Assembly: GCA_951406725.2 (NCBI GenBank)
Contig: OX597815.1
Coordinates: 203,794,001 to 203,858,000 of the forward strand
Direction: 5' to 3'
DNA: 64,000 nucleotides
DNA from: Octopus vulgaris
Taxonomy: Eukaryota
Below are positions 55,897-64,000 of the stretch, piece by piece. Both the position numbers and the translations under genes were made by a program. Positions within the stretch are counted from its first letter, which is position 1. Every line of letters begins with the position of its first letter. The notes under the pieces are model-generated. The model ran no database searches, had not been told where the DNA came from, and saw only the letters and a list, made by a program, of their open reading frames with translations.

Positions 55897-56286
55897 GGAG
55901 GCGCAATGGCCCAGTGGTTAGGGCAGCGGACTCGCGGTCATAGGATCGCGGTTTCGATTCCCAGACCGGGCGTTGTGAGTGTTTATTGAACGAAAACACC
56001 TAAAAAAAGCTCCACGAGGCTCCGGCAGGGGATGGTGGTGATCCCTGCTGTACTCTTTCACCACAACTTTCTCTCACTCTTACTTCCTGTTTCTGTTGTA
56101 CCTGTATTTCAAAGGGCCGGCCTTGTCACTCTCTGTGTCACGCTGAATATCCCCGAGAACTACGTTAAGGGTGCACGTGTCTGTGGAGTGCTCAGCCACT
56201 TACACGTTAAGTTCACGAGCTGACTGTTCCGTTGATTCGGATCAACCGGAACCCTCATCGTCGTAACCGACGGAGTGCTTCCATCC
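55897..56286 (+). mobile_element. SINE family 2, full length
   Basis: A/B boxes; TSD ATCAGTCAGTTT on both sides; near-identical to 30209-30594. Confidence 0.93.
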
Positions 56287-56814
56287 AATCAGTCAGTTTA
56301 ATTTTTTATATATTTTAATGCGTTGGAATTAACGATTTTGTGTGACGCTTCCTCATAATTATGTTGTATTTGCTGCACTAAATTCGATGTAATTCAATAT
56401 AATATTTTCCTAACTATTGAGAACTTTGGCAAACGTCGTACGGAAATGAATTCGTATTGCGTTTACTGCACATTTATTGTGTGTGTGTGAGTATGTGCTA
56501 GTGTGTGTATGTTGAGTGTGTGTTTGTGCAGTGTGTGTGTTTGTGCTTGTGGTATGTGTGTGTATGTATTTGTGTTGAATTGTGCTATGTCTGTGTGTAA
56601 GTGTGTGAGTGTGTGTGAACGTGTATGTGAGTGTGTGTATGCAGTGTGTGTTGTGTGGTGTGTGTATCTGATTGTGTGTCTTTGTATAAATATCTTTATA
56701 CATACACTCATACACTCACATACATATGCATGCACATACATACATACATACATACATACATACATACATACATACATACATGCATGCATACATATATATA
56801 TAAATATATATATA

Positions 56815-56871
<57 letters not shown>

Positions 56872-57258
56872 TATACAAGTACATACACACACACTTATAT
56901 TATATATATATATGTATACTTGATGTGCCAACATAGTACGGGTCAAGATTAAATAAATAAACGTACTCACATACACATATGTTTATTTAGTCTCAGTGTG
57001 AAACCAAGTACTATTAGAGACTGTTCGGCAGCTTTGAATGGGGATGAAACCAACTGATTTGGGTTACTGAATTGGGATTCACTTCACTCTCAAAAATTCA
57101 GTACGGAATCTACTTATTGAAATGTAAACAGGCATATGAAAGGGTGCAGCTCATCTAAATGATAATAAAAAGGTTTACGACCGGGCAAACATAAGTAAAT
57201 TAAGAATACGTATGGATACGACGTTATTAACGATCTGTATGTATATATATATGTAATG

Positions 57259-57317
<59 letters not shown>

Positions 57318-57367
57318 AATAATAATAAAAAATGATAATAATAATAATAATAATGTTGATGATGATG

Positions 57368-57416
<49 letters not shown>

Positions 57417-57418
57417 TG

Positions 57419-57489
<71 letters not shown>

Positions 57490-59456
57490 CCCCTGTGATT
57501 TCAAACTTCCTGAAGCACAATATGTCGTTGTGGAATACGAATCTCCAATTATACCACTCTAATGGAGTACTTGCCTCAGAAAATATAAACATCAACTGTG
57601 GAATTTTTCAAGGTGACTCACTTTCACCTTTAATATTCTGCATAGCCCTAACACCCCTTACAAGTGAATTAAACAGAACAAGGTATGGGTATAAAATTGC
57701 CAATAAAAAAATAAGCCACCTATTTTATATGGATGACTTAAAACTTTATGGTAAAGACAATAATGAACTTGAATGCCTATTGCGCACCGTGAAAGCATTC
57801 AGCGAGGACATCGGGATGGAGTTTGGACTTGAGAAGTGTGCCAAGGCCACTTTCCAGAAAGGGAAAGTGAAGACCACAAATTCAGTCGTGTTAGATGTTG
57901 ACACAGTCATAAGAGAGCTTGAGCAGGAACAAACATACAAATATTTAGGGATAAATGAAGGCTCTGGTATTCAGCATGCAAGCATGAAAGAGAAAATCAG
58001 GAAGAAATGTTATAGGAGAGTTCGTGCAGTCCTGAAATCTGAACTAAATGCACGTAACAAGGTGTTAGCTATAAATTCCTTAGCAGTTCCAGTTGTTACT
58101 TATAGCTACAATGTGTTGAACTGGAATATGAGTGAAGTAAAGAATATAGATAGAAAAATACGCAAGCTGCTGAGTTGTAATAGGATGCACCACCCAAAGG
58201 CAGACGTAGATCGCCTTTACCTTCCCAGAGCCCAAGGAGGTCGACGCCTGATCCAATTTGAACTAGCTTACAAAACAACCACAATTGGACTGGCCAAATA
58301 TCTGGAAATATCGAATGACTGGATGCTAAAGCTCGTGGAAAATCACGAGAGACGAAAGAAGTTTCATTCTATCATAAAGGAAAGCAAAACATTTGCTATT
58401 GATCTCGTGCAGGATACCCAAACTGAACAACCCGAGGGAAGTACGGCAACTATTGTTGCAAAGAAGGTGAAAATGATGGCAATGAAAAAAGCGCACGAGC
58501 AATTGGCTGATAGGTGGGAGGAGAAACCTCTGCACGGCAAATATGTGACCCGCAGCAAACAAGCTGATGTTGACCAGAAGCAAACCCATCAGTGGCTACG
58601 GAGCTCAGGGCTAAAGGCAGAGAGCGAAGGTTTCATCCTGGCTGCTCAAGATCAAAGCCTATTAACCCGGAAATACCAGGCCAATGTGATGAAAAATGGA
58701 GCAGACCCAAAATGCCGATTCTGCAACGACATGATTGCAACAGTGGACCACCTAATCTCTGGATGTAAAGTCTTAGCACCAGTGGAGTATAAATTAAGAC
58801 ATGACAGAGTTGGCCAATATCTCCACTGGCTAATAAGTCGGCATTACAATATCAAAACTGCCGACAAGTGGTATAATCACCACCCTGAGGCTGTAACTGA
58901 AGGAGAAAATGTAACCATTCTGTGGGACTTTCCAGTACATACAGACCGAACCATCAAGGCCAATAAACCAGATATTGTTGTGAAAGACCAAAACAATAAA
59001 GTTTGCTTATTGATCGACATGAGCATCCCCTGTGATCATAATATCTCAGCAAAAGAGTTTGACAAGCTCAGAAAATATAAAGACCTACTCATTGAAATTG
59101 AGAAAATGTGGCATCTCAAGGCGGTTACAATACCAGTGATCGTAGGAGCACTAGGAATGATCAAGAAGGGAACCGAAAATTATATGAGAATGATCCCTGG
59201 CTTACCATCCCTGCAAGAAGTGCAAAAGATTGTCTTAACTGGTACATCACACGTATTGAGAAGAGCATTGTCGATGTGAGAACTGTTGCTGCTCATGTAT
59301 TTTAATTTAACTTAAAAAAAAAAAATAAAAAAAAATGAACGAACTACTGAGTTTGGTTTAATGGCCTACCATTGTATACTATGAGTTTCTTTGCCCTAGG
59401 AGTCGGGAAGACACTCGGCAAGAAATGGAAGCAAATTTGAAAGAAGAAAAAAAAAA
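57490..59456 (+). mobile_element. Young 5'-truncated Dong/R4 non-LTR retrotransposon inserted in (TAA)n
   Basis: Uninterrupted ORF, 3' UTR with TTGCC..GAGT..ACTC.GGCAA stem, A-tail, (TAA)n on both flanks. Confidence 0.96.
57495..59279 (+). CDS. Dong/R4 polyprotein C-terminal part: reverse transcriptase, CCHC zinc knuckle, restriction-like endonuclease (no true start; 5'-truncated)
   Basis: GIFQGDSLSPL, HLFYMDDLKLY, YKYLG, CRFC-x8-H-x4-C, RHD, KPDIV, LIDMS, KYKDL motifs. Confidence 0.93.
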   Translation: MISNFLKHNMSLWNTNLQLYHSNGVLASENININCGIFQGDSLSPLIFCIALTPLTSELNRTRYGYKIANKKISHLFYMDDLKLYGKDNNELECLLRTVKAFSEDIGMEFGLEKCAKATFQKGKVKTTNSVVLDVDTVIRELEQEQTYKYLGINEGSGIQHASMKEKIRKKCYRRVRAVLKSELNARNKVLAINSLAVPVVTYSYNVLNWNMSEVKNIDRKIRKLLSCNRMHHPKADVDRLYLPRAQGGRRLIQFELAYKTTTIGLAKYLEISNDWMLKLVENHERRKKFHSIIKESKTFAIDLVQDTQTEQPEGSTATIVAKKVKMMAMKKAHEQLADRWEEKPLHGKYVTRSKQADVDQKQTHQWLRSSGLKAESEGFILAAQDQSLLTRKYQANVMKNGADPKCRFCNDMIATVDHLISGCKVLAPVEYKLRHDRVGQYLHWLISRHYNIKTADKWYNHHPEAVTEGENVTILWDFPVHTDRTIKANKPDIVVKDQNNKVCLLIDMSIPCDHNISAKEFDKLRKYKDLLIEIEKMWHLKAVTIPVIVGALGMIKKGTENYMRMIPGLPSLQEVQKIVLTGTSHVLRRALSM

Positions 59457-59473
59457 TAATAATAATAAAAATG

Positions 59474-59549
<76 letters not shown>

Positions 59550-59884
59550 TAGTAATAATAATAAAATTAGGGAGTATTGTGATCTAGATATATGTTTCGT
59601 AATATATTTTATTTTTTCTATATGATATGGTCTATGTCTATCATTGTTTGAATTACATAATAGTGGTTTTTCTCTAATTTATATATATTATATATAAATA
59701 TATACATGCACGCACATACACCCACACATATAGATAAATATTCCCCTTTGATTTTCTTCCCAAACTGCAAAAATGATCCTTTATGAGATTGAATGTCTTA
59801 ACAGAGGGCTATATCCATATAGATGTGCAATGTGCATTTCAGAAGGAGTGAGACATTTTTGTGGTGAGACATTTATTACCTTCA

Positions 59885-60480
59885 AAGAAGTACAAAATTC
59901 AGACTTTTCAAGAAGGATCCTATAATTTCAATGCACTTGCTGTAGTGCTCCTCCAACTTTGTAAAGGCCTTTGGAAGGCCTCCAAAGTGAAGGTGTCAGG
60001 ACCCTTGTCACAACTTCCTTCAGCTTGGAGAACAACCGAAAATCACAGAGACTGTAGGAAGGGTGAGGGACAGTTTTGATGGCCATCTCTGTAGTCTGTG
60101 ACCAGACTGGAAATGTGGACTGGTGCATTGTTCTGGCACAGGTTTTCTGGCCTTTTGCGACGAAATCTCATCCCGAACTTCCTAAAAACCGCAACAAAGT
60201 ACACTTTGTCGACCGTCTAGCCCGATGGTACCCAGTGGATGTAAATAATACCCTTGCCGTCGAAAAGGGGGATCGTAATAAAAATTGTCGGTGGACTTGC
60301 TTTCCCTGGTCTCTTGTGCCTGCGAAAAACCGATGCTTGGTTCAATCAAGTTAAGCCAAAAGCAGTCTAGAGCCTTTCATATGTTTCTGTAGTGTCTTTG
60401 TTCAGTTTAACATATAACTTTATTGCATAGCGAGCTTCCAAATTGTCTTCAACTCACGATTACATTTTGCAAACTTTTCA
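59885..60480 (-). mobile_element. Second mariner relic, internally deleted
   Basis: FDGKGIIYIHWVPSG*TVDKVYF..FRRKRPE, QNNAPVH, VPHPSYS.CDFRLFSKLKE motifs. Confidence 0.8.
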
Positions 60481-61984
60481 GCTTTGATAAGAAGATTTTA
60501 GCAAGACGTGTTCAAAGTGCTGTGTCAACATTCTCTCCTCTTGAATAACAAAAGTTGGTAGGTCAGCTTATTTGATGTATAGCATTGATGTATTGAAATT
60601 ACAATAATCTATTCCAGTTGTAATTGCCTTTCCTAATAAAGAAGTCTTAACACTTCTGGAATGCGTCTCGTAAGTCATTATAAAATCCACGCTCTACTTA
60701 TACTCTTCTAATTATCGTCCTGTCATCACGTTTAAAGATTATGTAAATGAGTTTTGTCGCGACAACTGAATGTTTATATTTTAGTAATTAGTATTTCGCT
60801 ACTTTTTCTTGGTGTATTCTGAAGGAAAGATGTACAAATCTTGCCATATAAACATTCAAATAGCAAGAAAAACGAATAGATTCATCCTCCTGAAAAGATG
60901 TCGAAAAACTCTTATGGAGTCTAATTTCGCAGAGTGGTTGATTAGAAACGGATATAAGAGGGTATATTTATATTTACTTATATATCTGTATAACGTTATC
61001 GTAAATAATGAATATATGTATATGAAACACACATATACTGCAGAGATGCAGTGTTATGGAGTCAGTGACCAGATCGTTAACACTGACAAAATAATTTGAA
61101 ACTTCATAACATAAAATAAAATAAAAAACGGAGAAAATGGAATACATTTGTTGTAAATGGTTATCATGACACGGCTATAATGTTTGTTTCATTTTCATCA
61201 GACGATGGTAGATAATGTCACTTGTCAGAGTAAATGGGTACACATAGACGCATATACAGATTCACACACATGCACACTGTTGGAAACAAATGCACATTCA
61301 TATATTAGTTTCCTTCATATTTCAGTCAAAGATGATTTTAGCATATGTAAATTCCTCTCAAAATATGAATACACAAATACGCACAAATGTAGATAAACGT
61401 ATAAACATATCTAACCAGCTTAGAAAAGTAATATGTAGAGATTTCCATTTAAATAAAGCGACTAAAAATATCACAGTTGCGTTTGTTGGCTTGTCTAATA
61501 TTTCTACAGTGTTCTTTTTTACGAGAGTTGTATTGATATACAATTAAACATTTCATACAATTACCTCAAACAGTAAATTCAATTGAGTTTTCTCATTCAA
61601 ACAACTAATCCGGTTGGTTTTATTTAAAAAGCTTATTCGTGGAATGAACAGATTTCGTTTTTTGCACTTCCGTGATGTTTTCAGTTTTACGCTTTTCACC
61701 AGCTGCGTAATTAGCTCTTGTGTGTTTTTGATTGATGGCACAATCAGCAAAATAAACGAAGAAAACTATATGTATCTTAATCCTCACACTTTGTATTTTG
61801 CTCCAATTTTTAACAACTCACAGCCGAAATTACGTTTCCTGATGAACCCTACCTTTGGACCAACATCACCTTTTCTGCCTTGGAAAGATCATGAATTATT
61901 CATATTTAACAGTTGTATTCAATAATATATGCAGCGTTATATTATTACAAATTAATATTATTATATATTATTATAATTATATTA

Positions 61985-62378
61985 TCTTTATATATAAAAG
62001 TGAGGTTGTGTGCTGTCTGTCTCCTACGATTTAGATTCCTAACTACTCCCACATTTTGCGGTGCAGTTTAACCAAAGCCGGGTATCTTATAGTCGTGATT
62101 CATATCGAGCTCTTCTTGGTATTAGCGTTCGTCTACGATGAGTCTACGATTTAAAAAAAATTTACCATCAATTTTCCCCATTTTTAATGCATTTTTGGCA
62201 TATATAAGGGAAGTAACGCTCTAAAAAGTTATTAAATCTCAGAACGTAAAAAGCTACAGTAACACCCCCCCCCTTTGTGGTTAGCCATATTGAGATGGTT
62301 ATTATACTTTACATCTCTAAAAATGCTTATATAGTTATTTCCCTTACAAACCCAAGCAACGCCGGGCGATACTGCTAG
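61985..62378 (+). mobile_element. Non-autonomous Helitron (same family as 10459-10855)
   Basis: A|TC...CCCAAGCAACGCCGGG...CTAG|T. Confidence 0.88.
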
Positions 62379-63265
62379 TAATATATATTTGATAAGCAGA
62401 TTTTAGCAAGGCGTATTCAAAGTGCTGTTACAACATTCTCTTCTGTTCAATAACAAAATTTGGTAGGTCAGCTTATTTGATGTATAGCATTGAGTATTTA
62501 AATTACAATAATCTATTCCAGTTATTACTGGAATATATATTTATATTTATATTTAATTTATATTGAAATCAGAATTTCAATATAAATGCATCGTTAGGAA
62601 TGTAAATATTTCACTGGCAATAATCCACTCGTTATTAACCGACTTTTCCGGCTTAGTGAAATCACTAAATGTTGATGTATATGTAATATACATTCTTAAT
62701 ATCTATATGAAAAAATAGTAATCAAGTATGCGCTTCTGAAGAGTATTGCAAACAGGAACGAAACTGGTCGTGCCGATCACTCATTTTTTGTTCACGTAGA
62801 AATTATAGAGTTATTTGTCTAATTTTTACGCAGTGTATACAATTATACATTTAGTAACCAGTAAAATGTACGCTACTGGAAATGATTACATCCCTAACGA
62901 AAATAATTAATTAAAGATATTAATTAAATTGGTTACTTACGCATATTAGATTTGTCGTTTTCGTTAAGACACTAATTCCAGTGTTTCTATATACGGTTTC
63001 TCTCACATCACAGATAAGGCATGCGTGTATCTGACGACACGCACAAGCACACATCATTATGCATGTATGTATGTATGTATGTATGTATGTATGTATGTAT
63101 GTATGTATGTATGCATGTATGTATGTATGTATGTATGTATGTATGCATGTATGCATGTATGTATGTATGTATGTATGTATGTATGTATGTATGTATGCAT
63201 GTATGCATGTATGCATGTATGCATGTATGTATGTATGTATGTATGTATGTATGTATATATATATA

Positions 63266-63438
63266 GGCGCATGAGTGACTGTGTAGTAAGTACCTTGCTT
63301 ACCAATCACATGATTCCGCGTTCAGTCCCACCGCATGGCATCTTCGGCAAGTGTCTTCTACTATAGCCTAGGGCCTACCAAAGACTTGAGAGTGGATTTG
63401 GTAGACAGAAACTGAAAAAAGCCCGTAGTATATATATG

Positions 63439-63505
<67 letters not shown>

Positions 63506-63722
63506 GTGTGTGTGTGTGTGTGTGTAAGTATGTGTATCGCTAGACAACTGATGTTGGTGTGGTTACGTCCCCATAACTTAGTGGTTCGGCAAAATGCTCC
63601 GATGGATTGAGAAAGGATTACAAGTACTAGGCTTACAAGGAATAAGTCCTGGGCTCTATTTGTTCGACTAAAACGGTGCTCCAGTATGTTTGCAGTCAAA
63701 TGACTGAAACAAATTAAAGAAT
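63266..63722 (+). mobile_element. SINE family 3
   Basis: Full head, internal microsatellite and tail; homologous to 39884-40302. Confidence 0.85.
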
Positions 63723-63817
63723 AATATATATATATATAATATACAAATACATACGTACATATATATATAAATATATGTATATATATTTATGGATATATAT
63801 ATATATATACATATATG

Positions 63818-63848
<31 letters not shown>

Positions 63849-63849
63849 G

Positions 63850-63894
<45 letters not shown>

Positions 63895-64000
63895 TGTGTC
63901 GCGTGTAGACTGTATGCTAGTTGTAGCTTTGTTTCAATTTGTAATATTATAATCAATCGTCTATTTATGTTGGAAATTATATTAAGTATTTTCTGTTACG

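Noticed and set aside
55897-55975. Functional tRNA gene
   Set aside because: The tRNA-like head continues into a SINE body with a TSD.

Overview
AT-rich, microsatellite-saturated, gene-poor animal DNA. The tRNA-derived SINE families, the (TAA)n-targeting Dong/R4 LINEs and the repeat density suggest an octopus (coleoid cephalopod) genome; this is an inference. Nearly all ORFs in the supplied track are microsatellite read-throughs. The only long real ORF (57495-59279) belongs to a young, 5'-truncated Dong/R4 retrotransposon (RT, CCHC knuckle, restriction-like endonuclease). The window also holds many more Dong/R4 fragments, a non-coding ~560-bp (TAA)n-targeted element, three SINE families, two mariner relics, non-autonomous Helitron/Helentron elements, CR1 and RTE relics, a Penelope-like GIY-YIG fragment, and possibly a decayed secreted PAN/Apple-domain gene on the minus strand. 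The most notable hidden signal is a set of short (~150-420 bp) non-coding elements in (TA)n tracts that carry minimal hammerhead-ribozyme motifs with non-canonical cores (A6U, U3-A8, extra A after A9). Several of them are fold-back palindromes whose turning point lies at the ribozyme. All alignments and folds were done by eye, so boundaries of decayed elements are approximate.
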